NCBI GenBank assembly: GCA_016281495.1
Contig: JAEEIU010000043.1
Coordinates: forward strand, 21,504-85,503
Source of the DNA: Treponema sp.
GTDB lineage: Bacteria > Spirochaetota > Spirochaetia > Treponematales > Treponemataceae
Direction of reading: 5' to 3'
DNA length: 64,000 nucleotides
The notes under the pieces were generated by a model. That model was not told where the DNA came from, did not search any database, and saw nothing but the letters and a program-made list of their open reading frames with translations. Numbering within the stretch: position 1 is the first letter of the stretch; every line of letters begins with the position of its first letter. Of the stretch, positions 8,127 to 17,660 are shown one piece after another. Made by a program: the position numbers and the translations under genes.

Positions 8127-9116
8127 ATGTCTGATAAAGCGTTTACGGTACTGGATTTACTTGATCTGAAACTAAAAGGACATGATTCTCTCAATTTAAG
8201 CTGTATTGCAGGAAGACGAGGTCTTTCCCGTGCGCTTACAGTTCCAGATATAAACAGACCGGGACTTGCCCTTTCCGGTTTCTATGAATCTTTTGCCTAC
8301 AGTCGTGTCCAGCTTTTCGGACGCGGTGAATATGCATATCTTGTCAAGCTTTGGGAAGAAAACCGGCAGGACAACATAAAGCAGTTTTTTTCATACGACA
8401 TTCCATGCTGTGTTTTTGCACGAAGCCTTACGCCGAATGACTCTTTTCTAGGAGTAGCGGAAGAGGCCGGCTGCCCTATCCTTCAGTCAGATCTTGAGTC
8501 ATCAGAATTCTCAACAAGACTTTTGCGCGTACTGTCAAACATTTTTGCCCCGAAAAAGACATTGCATGGCGTTCTGGTGGAAGTAAGCGGTATAGGCATC
8601 CTCCTTATCGGAGACTCTGGAGTTGGAAAAAGCGAGACCGCACTTGAATTGATTCAGAGGGGTCACAGGCTTGTTGCGGACGACTCGGTTGAAATCCGCT
8701 GCGTTAACGGCAACTCTGTCATGGGCCAGGGTGCAAACAAGCTCATCAGCCACCACATGGAAATCAGAGGCCTAGGCATAATCAACGTGACCCAGCTTTA
8801 CGGTGTAGGTGCAATACGCGAGCAAAAGGAAGTTCAGCTGGTGGTCAAGCTTGAGACATGGGACCAGAACAAGATATACGACAGGATAGGAACAGAGACG
8901 CATACCACGGACCTTCTTGGGGTAAAGATTCCTTACATAGAGATTCCGGTCAAACCAGGTCGCAACCTTCCGATCATCCTTGAGGCCGCCGCCATGAACG
9001 AACGCCTTAAGTCCATGGGATATTTTTCCGCCAGGGAATTCAACCAGAACGTGCTTAAATGGATTGAATCAGGAGAAGCTCAGGCTGCATATTACGGAAG
9101 TGACGATTCGTATTAA
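8127..9116 (+). CDS. hprK: HPr kinase/phosphorylase
   Basis: P-loop GDSGVGKSETALEL and LVADDSVEI, with an HprK-typical C-terminus. The ATG at 8127 matches homolog N-termini; the ORF-track start at 8112 is GTG inside the -10 box. Confidence 0.9.
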   Translation: MSDKAFTVLDLLDLKLKGHDSLNLSCIAGRRGLSRALTVPDINRPGLALSGFYESFAYSRVQLFGRGEYAYLVKLWEENRQDNIKQFFSYDIPCCVFARSLTPNDSFLGVAEEAGCPILQSDLESSEFSTRLLRVLSNIFAPKKTLHGVLVEVSGIGILLIGDSGVGKSETALELIQRGHRLVADDSVEIRCVNGNSVMGQGANKLISHHMEIRGLGIINVTQLYGVGAIREQKEVQLVVKLETWDQNKIYDRIGTETHTTDLLGVKIPYIEIPVKPGRNLPIILEAAAMNERLKSMGYFSAREFNQNVLKWIESGEAQAAYYGSDDSY

Positions 9117-9200
9117 AGCCTTACATTGGAAATTACATGAGGGAAGTTGGTCTTTATTCAACTTGGCTCATAAATAATATGATATTAAGAGGAAACGAAA

Positions 9201-9467
9201 TTGGTAGAAAAGATTCTTACAGTCAGAAACAGGGCCGGAATTCATGCTCGTCCTGCAGCGCTTATTGCACAGACTGCCAACACATTTGCATCTGAACTCA
9301 TTCTTGAAAAGGATGCCATGACCGTAAACGCAAAATCAATAATGGGTGTCATAACCATGGCTGCAGGCTACAACACAAACCTTACGCTTAAAGCAGACGG
9401 ACCAGATGAAAATGAAGCCGCAAATGCAATTTTCAATCTTTTTGAATCAAAATTTGAAGAGGAATAA
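9201..9467 (+). CDS. ptsH: Phosphocarrier protein HPr
   Basis: 88 aa with His15 in GIHARPA and Ser46 in NAKSIMGV. TTG start preceded by aagagga. Confidence 0.9.
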   Translation: MVEKILTVRNRAGIHARPAALIAQTANTFASELILEKDAMTVNAKSIMGVITMAAGYNTNLTLKADGPDENEAANAIFNLFESKFEEE

Positions 9468-9470
9468 TCC

Positions 9471-10091
9471 ATGAAAAATTTGACTGACCGACAGCGTGAA
9501 GTCTTGATTTTTATTGCACAGTTCACGGAAGACAATGTATATCCGCCTACTGTCCGTGAAATCGGTGAGCATTTCGGAATTTCATTGAGGGCGGTTCAAG
9601 ATCATGTGGCGGCACTTCAGAAAAAAGGCTATCTTTCTCAAAGCCAAAAACGTTCCCGTTCAATTCGCGTACTTAAGGATGTACGTCCAAAGGTTGTTGC
9701 CGCAAGCGCAGTGCTTATTCCTGTAATCAATTCCATAACACCGGGAAAGCCTGCCCTTTCAGAAGAGAATTTCAGTTCCATTGTAACATGCTCATTTCCT
9801 TTTGTTGAAAACGGAAAAAAATATTTTCTGTTCCAGGTAACGGACAACAGCATGATTGACATAGACATCCGTTCGGGAGACCAGGTTTTTGTTGAAATTG
9901 AAGACAATGCCCAGAACGGACAGATTGTTGTAGTTGCCCTTGATGACGAGATTACAATCAGACGCTTTTATAAGGAAGCAAACAGAATCTGCCTTAAATC
10001 AGAAAACTCACAGATTCCACCAAGCTATTATCAGGAAGTCAAGATCCTTGGCATTGTAAGCGGAATCTACCGCAAGCTGGCAAATGACTGA
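9471..10091 (+). CDS. lexA: LexA-family (S24) repressor homolog, atypical catalytic/cleavage residues
   Basis: N-terminal winged HTH (LTDRQREVL, PPTVREIGEHFGIS) and a C-terminal S24 fold (VTDNSMIDIDIRSGDQVFV, QIVVVALDDEITIRRF). Pro91-Gly92 replaces Ala-Gly, and Arg164 aligns with E. coli Lys156. Confidence 0.75.
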   Translation: MKNLTDRQREVLIFIAQFTEDNVYPPTVREIGEHFGISLRAVQDHVAALQKKGYLSQSQKRSRSIRVLKDVRPKVVAASAVLIPVINSITPGKPALSEENFSSIVTCSFPFVENGKKYFLFQVTDNSMIDIDIRSGDQVFVEIEDNAQNGQIVVVALDDEITIRRFYKEANRICLKSENSQIPPSYYQEVKILGIVSGIYRKLAND

Positions 10092-11103
10092 TGCAGAAGT
10101 CTACCTCTTTACAGGTCCTGAGCTTGGAGAAAAAAAAGAGGCAATAGAAAACATAAAAGCCGCAGCCCAAAAAAAGAATGGTTCCCTTGATGAATATACA
10201 TATTACGCCGGAGATGAGCGCATTCAGGATGTTGTAGCACAGTTACAGAATGTCTCGCTGTTTGACCAGGCCCTTTTCATCACAGTACGCAATGCAGAAC
10301 AGATCAAGCTTAAGGCAGACATTGAATCCCTTTTGTCATGGATCAACGGCGGTGCAAAGGAAAGTGCCAATACACTAGTCCTTACCTCTGACGAAAACAG
10401 CATAGAGCGTAAAATTGAATCTGCAGTTCCATCCAACCACAAGAAAATATTCTGGGAGATGTTTGAGAACCGGAAGACACAATGGCTCCAGGATTATTTC
10501 AGGAAAAACGGCTTCGTGATAACACCGGATGCAATTGACCAGATTCTTGAGATGGTGGAAAACAACACCGAGGCCCTTAAGGCTGAATGCGGACGCTTCT
10601 TCTACTGCTTTGAAAAAGGACACTCCATAACTGCTGATGATGTGGACAAGATTCTTTCACACAACAGGGAAGAAAACGCATTTACGCTTTTTGAAGCCAT
10701 GGCGGACATATCAAAATCTCCGGTACAGCGTCTTGAATCCTCCCTGGGCATCCTGCAGAAAATAAAGATGGCAAGTGGCGAAGGCATAACGGCAAACCTT
10801 ATCGCAGGCCTTGGTTACTGCTTCAGGATGCTGAGGACATGGCATACCATGCACGAGAAGGGAGCAGTTCCTGGTGACACACAGCTAAAGGCAGCAGGTT
10901 TCTCCAAGAAAAATCAGGAAAAATACAGGGCTGCCGCACGCATCTGGACCTCAGGTGCCACAGCATCCATTCTTGCCCTTCTTGCATCAAGTGACATGGC
11001 CTCAAGGGAAAACGGCAACGGTCTTGAGGAAACACGTCTTGTGCTTATGCTTCATTCAATCATACTAAAAAACGGCCTTTTCCCCACGGAATATCAGAGC
11101 TAG
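10084..11103 (+). CDS. holA: DNA polymerase III delta subunit
   Basis: 339 aa, N-terminal YLFTGPELGEKKEAI with the HolA-like helical domains. Overlaps the lexA-like stop by 8 nt. Confidence 0.7.
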   Translation: MTDAEVYLFTGPELGEKKEAIENIKAAAQKKNGSLDEYTYYAGDERIQDVVAQLQNVSLFDQALFITVRNAEQIKLKADIESLLSWINGGAKESANTLVLTSDENSIERKIESAVPSNHKKIFWEMFENRKTQWLQDYFRKNGFVITPDAIDQILEMVENNTEALKAECGRFFYCFEKGHSITADDVDKILSHNREENAFTLFEAMADISKSPVQRLESSLGILQKIKMASGEGITANLIAGLGYCFRMLRTWHTMHEKGAVPGDTQLKAAGFSKKNQEKYRAAARIWTSGATASILALLASSDMASRENGNGLEETRLVLMLHSIILKNGLFPTEYQS

Positions 11104-11116
11104 GATTACATTCAGG

Positions 11117-11842
11117 TTAACAGATGTTTTCCTGGTCGGAGACAGTAAAGATATCACCCTTGTAATGGGATGACTTTAAAAGACCATGCTCCAGAAAACT
11201 GAAATAGTCCTCATGAGTCACGATTATGTGATCCATAAATGTTATTCCAAGGATCACAGCCGCTTCCTCCAGGGCAGTCGTTGTGGTTCTGTCGGCATTG
11301 CTTGGAAGACATGGACCGCACGGATGATTATGGAAGCATATTATTCCTGCCGCATGCTCCGTGATGGCCTCTGCAAACACTTCCCGCGGATGGACAAGTG
11401 TACGGCTTACGGTTCCTATGGAGACAACGCGTATGTTAAGCAGTTCCCTTGCGCCGTTTACCGTAGCCACGACAAAATGCTCCTTTTTCTCAAGTGAAAA
11501 ATGCTTTACATATGGCACTATGTCTGAAGGCCTTTCTATCCTGCATCTGGAACATGAATTCCTCCTTCTTCCAAGTTCCACAGCCGCAGCAAGAGCCAGT
11601 GCCTTGGCATCCCCCATTCCTGAGATTCGGGTTAAATGCTCCACCAGCTCATCCGTACCATACTCATTGATTACGCAAAGGGCTTTTTCCGCCAGTTTTT
11701 CCAGAGGCATTTTCTTGGTTCCTCCATTTAAAATCAGCATAAGAAGCTCCTCGTCAGACGGAAATTCAATTCCGTTCTTGATTGCCATTTCCCGGACATT
11801 CGGCTTTGCTTTTTTGCCACCAAAAATTTCTATCTCGTTCAT
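11117..11842 (-). CDS. radC: RadC-family JAB/MPN domain protein
   Basis: HhH-like N-terminus (RISGMGDAKALALAAAVELGRR) and the JAMM motif HNHPCGPCLPSNAD. Confidence 0.85.
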   Translation of the reverse strand: MNEIEIFGGKKAKPNVREMAIKNGIEFPSDEELLMLILNGGTKKMPLEKLAEKALCVINEYGTDELVEHLTRISGMGDAKALALAAAVELGRRRNSCSRCRIERPSDIVPYVKHFSLEKKEHFVVATVNGARELLNIRVVSIGTVSRTLVHPREVFAEAITEHAAGIICFHNHPCGPCLPSNADRTTTTALEEAAVILGITFMDHIIVTHEDYFSFLEHGLLKSSHYKGDIFTVSDQENIC

Positions 11843-12068
11843 ACTATATAAATGGCTTCATAGTTTGTGTTTTTAACAATTTTTACAGAAAAATTTCATA
11901 GTTTTTTCAAGTTTTTTAATCTTCCATATTGGGCTTTCGGGGATTATAAGCATATTTTTCATCATAATCTGTAGCCAAAACGCTTTTTAAAGGTTATTAT
12001 AAAGATGGGGCATTCCTAAAAGTTTTTTCTCTTTGGCTTTTTAGAGCGTCCCCATAGGAGTAACGCAA

Positions 12069-13715
12069 ATGTTCCGATTGCACAAAGGTTTTCTGCTGTC
12101 TTTAATGTTTTTTCTCCTTGCCGCCAATGGTTTTACCCAGGACTTGAATATCGGCGGCATACAGTATGGTCCGGGTACTCCAAAACCTCCTGCAGTTAAA
12201 GAGGAAAAGCAGTCATCCCTGCGTGTAACTTCCAACCCATCTGGTGCAAAAGTCTACATCGACGGCGTATACAAGGGAACCACTCCCATTACAATAGAAG
12301 AACTCAACTCCGGCTATCACCGAATTAAGGTAAGCAAAGAACACTTCAGAGAAGAAACAGAAAGAATCTACATTCCGCAAAACGCAAAGCGCTCATGCCA
12401 TGCAAGACTGGTTCAGATCAGCGGTTACCTAAGGCTTTACTCTGATCCATCTGGGGCAAGCCTCAGCGTCGACGGAAACTCATATACCCAGGGTTATTTG
12501 ATTGAGCTTGACGAAGGATACCATACGATAAGGGCAAAGAAATTCGGTTACGAGGAAGCATCCCAAAGCGTATATATCTCAAGGCGCCTTACCACGACCC
12601 AAACCATAAGCATGCGGCATGCACAGTTCAGGCTTGAATCCATATCCGCAAACAGGACAAGATTCAATCCGGCAAATCCCAATTCCCTTGCAAGCGTAAA
12701 AATAACATCTCATGTCAACGCACCGGAAACCGGAATCATGACAGTTAGAGATTCATACGGAACAGAAGTATTCTCAAAGGTGATATCATTCACATCATGG
12801 ACCAATCAATTTTACTGGACAGGAACAGACAGTCAAGGAAACCTGGTTCAAGACGGACTCTATACCATAGAATTTCATGCGGACGGACAAAGGGCATCAT
12901 GTTTTGTTACGGTTGATTCAAATCTTGTCTATCCGGATCTTTCACTTACCAACGGCGGAACAGGAATAGGCAGTGTCGCAAGTGCAGAAAGTTTCCCGGA
13001 GGGTTCCTCTTTCTTTGAGCTTGATGCAGGAATCATTCTGGGTGACAATCTAACTGACATATACCAGGTTCCCCTTTCCATTGGATTCCTGTGGGCACCT
13101 TCAGAGCATTTTGAACTGGGGCTTGCTTTCAGGCCTTACATAAACGGAGAGGACTCTGTCATAAACTTCAGTTCGTCAATAAAGCTTACCTTCAACACCG
13201 ACTTGAGTGACAGCTGCAAACTGTGCTGGGGATTTTTAGGAAGGCTAGGTTTTGCTACAGGTCCCCTTTACCTGCCATATGGAATTGATTCAGGAAATGG
13301 CGCAGGTTTTGGTGCAGTACTTGGTTTTAAGATAAACGATCTTTACATCGGTGGAGAGACAAGCCTTATCATCAATCCAACCTCAGGACTCTTGACTCAA
13401 AGTGAAGACAGGATATGGAAGACAGGAATTGCCGTAAAGAAGCAGTTCGACGGTGGAAGCCTAGGCCTCTTTGCCGACTTGAATTTGGCAAACGGTGACT
13501 TCAACTTTACAAATGAACATGATGGAAATGAATGTACCGAGACAGGAAGCTTTAGTAACCAATGCATATGGGAAGCAGGATTTGAAGGCTCCTGGTATCT
13601 TCCGTCCTCATCAACCCAGTTTGTGCTGAAGGGAGGAACGTACATAATGACAGAAGACAAAAAGCCAATGCTCATTCATCCACATGCACAGATAGGATTG
13701 AAATTCTTACTTTAG
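12069..13715 (+). CDS. Secreted PEGA-domain / FlgD-Ig-like domain protein with C-terminal beta-rich region
   Basis: Signal peptide, then two PEGA repeats (SNPSGAKVYIDGVYKGTTPITI and SDPSGASLSVDG). FlgD-Ig-like segment WTGTDSQGNLVQDGLYTIEF. The C-terminal half is Gly/aromatic-rich. Confidence 0.65.
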   Translation: MFRLHKGFLLSLMFFLLAANGFTQDLNIGGIQYGPGTPKPPAVKEEKQSSLRVTSNPSGAKVYIDGVYKGTTPITIEELNSGYHRIKVSKEHFREETERIYIPQNAKRSCHARLVQISGYLRLYSDPSGASLSVDGNSYTQGYLIELDEGYHTIRAKKFGYEEASQSVYISRRLTTTQTISMRHAQFRLESISANRTRFNPANPNSLASVKITSHVNAPETGIMTVRDSYGTEVFSKVISFTSWTNQFYWTGTDSQGNLVQDGLYTIEFHADGQRASCFVTVDSNLVYPDLSLTNGGTGIGSVASAESFPEGSSFFELDAGIILGDNLTDIYQVPLSIGFLWAPSEHFELGLAFRPYINGEDSVINFSSSIKLTFNTDLSDSCKLCWGFLGRLGFATGPLYLPYGIDSGNGAGFGAVLGFKINDLYIGGETSLIINPTSGLLTQSEDRIWKTGIAVKKQFDGGSLGLFADLNLANGDFNFTNEHDGNECTETGSFSNQCIWEAGFEGSWYLPSSSTQFVLKGGTYIMTEDKKPMLIHPHAQIGLKFLL

Positions 13716-13729
13716 GCTGGAACAGAATC

Positions 13730-14620
13730 ATGCAGATGATAATAACCGGAAGCGGAACAAGTCATGGAGTCCCAGTCATAGCATGCGATTGTCCAGTATG
13801 CACTTCTACCAACCCCAAAAACAAGAGGTTGCGTTCTGCCGCTTATCTAAAGGCCCCAGCATCCATCATTATCGACACGGGACCTGAATTCCGCATTCAG
13901 GCATTAAAATACAAGATTGCACAACCGGACTGTGTCCTGCTTACACACAATCATGCCGACCATTTGAACGGACTGGATGACCTGAGGGTATTCAGCCATA
14001 CAAAATCAATTGATCCTCAAAACCCAACTCCTGAAACAGAGGGGGACGGGCTTTCAATTTATGCGAGCACAAAGGAAATAAAGGCAATCAAAAAGCGCTT
14101 TGACTATATTTTTACACCGGTGACTCAGGGTGGCGGGAAACCAAAGTTAAATTTAATAAGCACATCACACATAAACGAAAAAAAACCGCTCATGGTCAAA
14201 GGCATTTCCATAATTCCCATACCGATAATGCACGGAAAGCTAAAGGTCAACGGATACCTGCTGTCCGAAGAAAAGGACGGAATCAAAAAAAGCATTGCAT
14301 ACCTGACCGACTGCAATTTCATTCCCGAAGATTCATTCCAGATATTGGATGAACATGCAGGTCAAATCGAGCATCTTGTAATTGACGCCTTAAGGGAAAA
14401 ACCTCATTCCTCACATTTTTCATTTTTGGAGGCAATGGAGGCAGCAGATAGAATCAAGGCCAGGCACACATGGTTCATCCACATGACGCATAACATGGAT
14501 CATTACGACATACAAGAATACATAGACTTTAATCTTGACCATTTTCCCAACCTCAAATCGATTGTAGAAAACGGCGGATCAGTCTCACCATCATACGACG
14601 GTCTTGAGATAAAAACATAA
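13730..14620 (+). CDS. MBL-fold metallo-hydrolase (PhnP-like)
   Basis: HNHADH metal motif and an N-terminal Cys cluster CDCPVC. 296 aa. Confidence 0.75.
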   Translation: MQMIITGSGTSHGVPVIACDCPVCTSTNPKNKRLRSAAYLKAPASIIIDTGPEFRIQALKYKIAQPDCVLLTHNHADHLNGLDDLRVFSHTKSIDPQNPTPETEGDGLSIYASTKEIKAIKKRFDYIFTPVTQGGGKPKLNLISTSHINEKKPLMVKGISIIPIPIMHGKLKVNGYLLSEEKDGIKKSIAYLTDCNFIPEDSFQILDEHAGQIEHLVIDALREKPHSSHFSFLEAMEAADRIKARHTWFIHMTHNMDHYDIQEYIDFNLDHFPNLKSIVENGGSVSPSYDGLEIKT

Positions 14621-14636
14621 CCCTGTGGGAATACCA

Positions 14637-17180
14637 CTATTTCATCTCGTAACCGGCTTCTTTTATGGCGGCGGCAAAGGTTTCGTCCGGAATATCCTTT
14701 GAAAGCTTTACGACAACTTCCTTTTTCTCGTGGTTTGCAGTGGCCTCCGTTACTCCATCAATTGCCTCAAGGGCTTTTTTAACATGCATCTCACAATGCT
14801 GGCACATCATGCCTTCCACCTTTAATGTTTTTTCTGCCATATTTACCTCCATGGACTGTGCTTTATTTTCCTGAATTATTTTATTTAGATTGATATTTGA
14901 CTTTCGTTTTTTGTCATGGCGTGAATTTCTTACATTCACAAGATTCAGGCGGAGTGCATTGGTCACAACACAAAAGCTTGAAAGACTCATTGCGGCAGCG
15001 GACAGCATCGGATTTATGATTATTCCGAATCCTGCAAAGGCACCTGCGGCAACAGGAATCAAAATTGCATTATAAAAAAACGCCCAAAACAGATTCTGAT
15101 GGATTATCCTTAATGTGGCACGGCTCAACCTTATTGCAGCGCTGACATCAGTCAAACTGCTGTTCATCAAAACCACGGATGCGGCATCAATGGCAACATC
15201 TGTTCCGGCACCTACTGCAATTCCCACATCACTTCGTGTAAGGGCAGGAGCGTCGTTTATTCCGTCACCGACCATGGCACATTTACCAAGGGAACAAAGT
15301 TTTTTTACTATAGATTCTTTTCCATCAGGCATGAGCGATGAAGCAACCGAATCAATTCCGCATTGACCTGCAATGGCTGTGGCAGTCCTTTCGTTGTCTC
15401 CTGTGAGCATTACAGTTTTTATTCCCATTCCGCCAAGTTCTTTAATGGCTGCAGAACTGTCTTCCTTTATGGCATCTGCAACAGATATTATTCCCAGAAC
15501 TTTATCCTGCGTACAAAACAAAAGGGGTGTCTGTCCTGAATCCGAACATTCCCTTACTTTATCCTTTAATTCATCTCCTACCCTGCATAGCGAGGAAATG
15601 TAGTCAAAACTTCCGCCGTAGATTTTTTTTCCATTAAGAGTGGCGCTTAAACCTTTTCCCGTAATTGCCTTGAACTGCTCGACTTCAAGAGGCTTTATGT
15701 TTTTTTCCTGAGCAAGAACCATAATGGCCTTTGACAACGGATGTTCACTTTTTGACTCCAGGGATACGGCCATGGTCAAAAGGTCCCCTTCTTTAACTGT
15801 GGGTGAACAATATATTCCGCAGACACTTGGTTTACCGCTAGTTACGGTTCCTGTCTTGTCCAATGCAACAATTTGAATGCGGCCACATTCTTCAAGAGAT
15901 TCTGCATTTTTAAATAACATTCCGTTTTTGGCACCTTTACCAGTTCCCACCATGATTGCAACAGGTGTGGCAAGCCCCAATGCACAAGGGCATGATATGA
16001 CAAGAACGGATATGGCCCTGGAAAGAGAAAATCCAGTTTCTTTACCAAGCAACATCCAGATTACAAATACACAAAGTGCTATTCCGATTACCCCAGGAAC
16101 AAATATTCCGCTGACTTTATCCGCTATCTTTGCGATGGGGGCTTTTCCGGAGGCGGCATCAGAAACCATCTGGATAATCTTATAGAACGAGGTATCTTCC
16201 CCGACACTGGTAGCCCTACACCTAAGGAATCCAGAAGTATTCATCGTTGCACAAAAAACCCTGCTTCCTGAGTTTTTCTCCACCGGCATGCTTTCACCTG
16301 TAAGGGCACTTTCGTCCACGGCACTTTCTCCGTCAAGCACGACACCGTCAACAGGAATCTTTTCTCCAGGGCGGACTATGAATACATCATCAACAGAAAC
16401 TTCCTCTACCAGCACCGTCTCTTCTTTCCCGTCACGTTCGATTACTGCTGTTTTGGGAGAAAGCTGCAAGAGGCCTTTTAAGGCATTGCTTGTCTTTCCT
16501 TTTGATATTGATTCCAGAAGTTTTCCTACGGTTATGAGGGTTACAATCATGGCGGCACCTTCAAAATAAAGGTTATCCATGCACTTCATGACCTCTTCAT
16601 GATTTCCAAGCGCCTGCTGATAAATCATCAAAAAAAGCATGCATATGCTGTAGGCATAAGAGGTTCCGGAACCAAGGGCAACAAGACTGTCCATATTCGG
16701 TGAACGGTGAACCAGAGCCTTGAACCCGCTTATAAAAAACTGCCTGTTGATAAGAAGGATAATCTGCGTTAACAGCAACTCCAGGACAGCGACAGAAACA
16801 TGACTCCTAGTAAAAAACTCCGGCAGTGGAAATGACCACATCATGTGTCCCATGCTTACGTACATCAAAGCAAGAAGGAATACACACGAAAAAATCAAGC
16901 GTCTCCTTAACAGGGGCGTATTCACATCTTTTAAAAGTTCTTCTTTTTGGGCGATTGATGACTGTCTTTTTCCCTTTTCTTCGTCCAGCTGCCTGGCACC
17001 ATATCCCGCTTTTTCAACAGCGGAAACAATAGCATCACCTGCGGCATTTCCTTCAACCTTCATGGAATTTGTAAGAAGACTCACAGAGCATGAAGAAACA
17101 CCCTCCACAGAAGAAACAGCCTTTTCCACCCTGGCACTACACGCCGCACAAGTCATTCCTGTAACTGCAAACTGCCTCAT
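14637..17180 (-). CDS. copA: Copper-translocating P1B-type ATPase with N-terminal and C-terminal HMA domains
   Basis: [11 protein letters not shown] (N-terminal HMA), [23 protein letters not shown], and a C-terminal [16 protein letters not shown]. Confidence 0.9.
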   Translation of the reverse strand: MRQFAVTGMTCAACSARVEKAVSSVEGVSSCSVSLLTNSMKVEGNAAGDAIVSAVEKAGYGARQLDEEKGKRQSSIAQKEELLKDVNTPLLRRRLIFSCVFLLALMYVSMGHMMWSFPLPEFFTRSHVSVAVLELLLTQIILLINRQFFISGFKALVHRSPNMDSLVALGSGTSYAYSICMLFLMIYQQALGNHEEVMKCMDNLYFEGAAMIVTLITVGKLLESISKGKTSNALKGLLQLSPKTAVIERDGKEETVLVEEVSVDDVFIVRPGEKIPVDGVVLDGESAVDESALTGESMPVEKNSGSRVFCATMNTSGFLRCRATSVGEDTSFYKIIQMVSDAASGKAPIAKIADKVSGIFVPGVIGIALCVFVIWMLLGKETGFSLSRAISVLVISCPCALGLATPVAIMVGTGKGAKNGMLFKNAESLEECGRIQIVALDKTGTVTSGKPSVCGIYCSPTVKEGDLLTMAVSLESKSEHPLSKAIMVLAQEKNIKPLEVEQFKAITGKGLSATLNGKKIYGGSFDYISSLCRVGDELKDKVRECSDSGQTPLLFCTQDKVLGIISVADAIKEDSSAAIKELGGMGIKTVMLTGDNERTATAIAGQCGIDSVASSLMPDGKESIVKKLCSLGKCAMVGDGINDAPALTRSDVGIAVGAGTDVAIDAASVVLMNSSLTDVSAAIRLSRATLRIIHQNLFWAFFYNAILIPVAAGAFAGFGIIINPMLSAAAMSLSSFCVVTNALRLNLVNVRNSRHDKKRKSNINLNKIIQENKAQSMEVNMAEKTLKVEGMMCQHCEMHVKKALEAIDGVTEATANHEKKEVVVKLSKDIPDETFAAAIKEAGYEMK

Positions 17181-17189
17181 AAAAAACTC

Positions 17190-17492
17190 CTAGCGCATCA
17201 TTTTTTGCAGGGTCCAGATTAGTTCCTCAATAATCTCGTTGTCTCCTTTTTTTAATTTTTGAGTCACACAGGTCCTCATATGTTCGTAGAGCAATTCTCG
17301 GTTGAAAGCCTGAAGCGCTGACGTTGCCGCGGAAACCTGCATCAGGATGTCTGTGCAATAAGCCCCCTTTTCAACCATATTGCGTATTCCCTTTACCTGC
17401 CCTTCGATTCTGTTCAGGCGGACTGTAAGGTCATGCACCATCTCGGGTGAACGCTGAACCGTCCTGTGTCCATTATCTTTCTCCTGTATCAT
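17190..17492 (-). CDS. csoR: CsoR-family metal-sensing repressor
   Basis: 100 aa with RLNRIEGQVKGIRNMVE, YCTDIL and a C-terminal HMRTC, matching the CsoR/RcnR Cys-His-Cys layout. Lies directly upstream of copA. Confidence 0.85.
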   Translation of the reverse strand: MIQEKDNGHRTVQRSPEMVHDLTVRLNRIEGQVKGIRNMVEKGAYCTDILMQVSAATSALQAFNRELLYEHMRTCVTQKLKKGDNEIIEELIWTLQKMMR

Positions 17493-17522
17493 GATAGCCC
17501 CCTTTGTTTTTTTTATGCTGAC

Positions 17523-17574
17523 ATTTTACCACAGTCAAGGCAATAAATCAACATACCCTACACCCCCTTTGTAT
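17523..17574 (-). promoter_or_regulatory. csoR-copA promoter (TTGATT-N17-TAAAAT) with adjacent putative CsoR operator
   Basis: On the minus strand, TTGATT is at 17551-17546 and TAAAAT at 17528-17523. The G-tract pseudo-palindrome ATACAAAGGGGGTGTAGGGTAT (17574-17553) resembles known CsoR operators (ATACC..GGGGGTAT type). Confidence 0.45.
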
Positions 17575-17609
17575 AATTTTATGATTATTTATTGAAAAAA
17601 AATCCTTAC

Positions 17610-17638
17610 TTTACAATTTGGGAATCCTGGCTTATAAT
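17610..17638 (+). promoter_or_regulatory. Sigma70-type promoter of HD-GYP operon (TTTACA-N17-TATAAT)
   Basis: TTTACA at 17610-17615 and TATAAT at 17633-17638. SD aaggaagg precedes the ATG at 17661. Confidence 0.55.
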
Positions 17639-17660
17639 AGAAGAATAAGGAAGGACTAGG

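Noticed and set aside
11361-11876. 171-aa ORF antisense to radC
   Set aside because: The radC frame carries the JAMM motif and the HhH region. The antisense product is Ser-rich and low-complexity.
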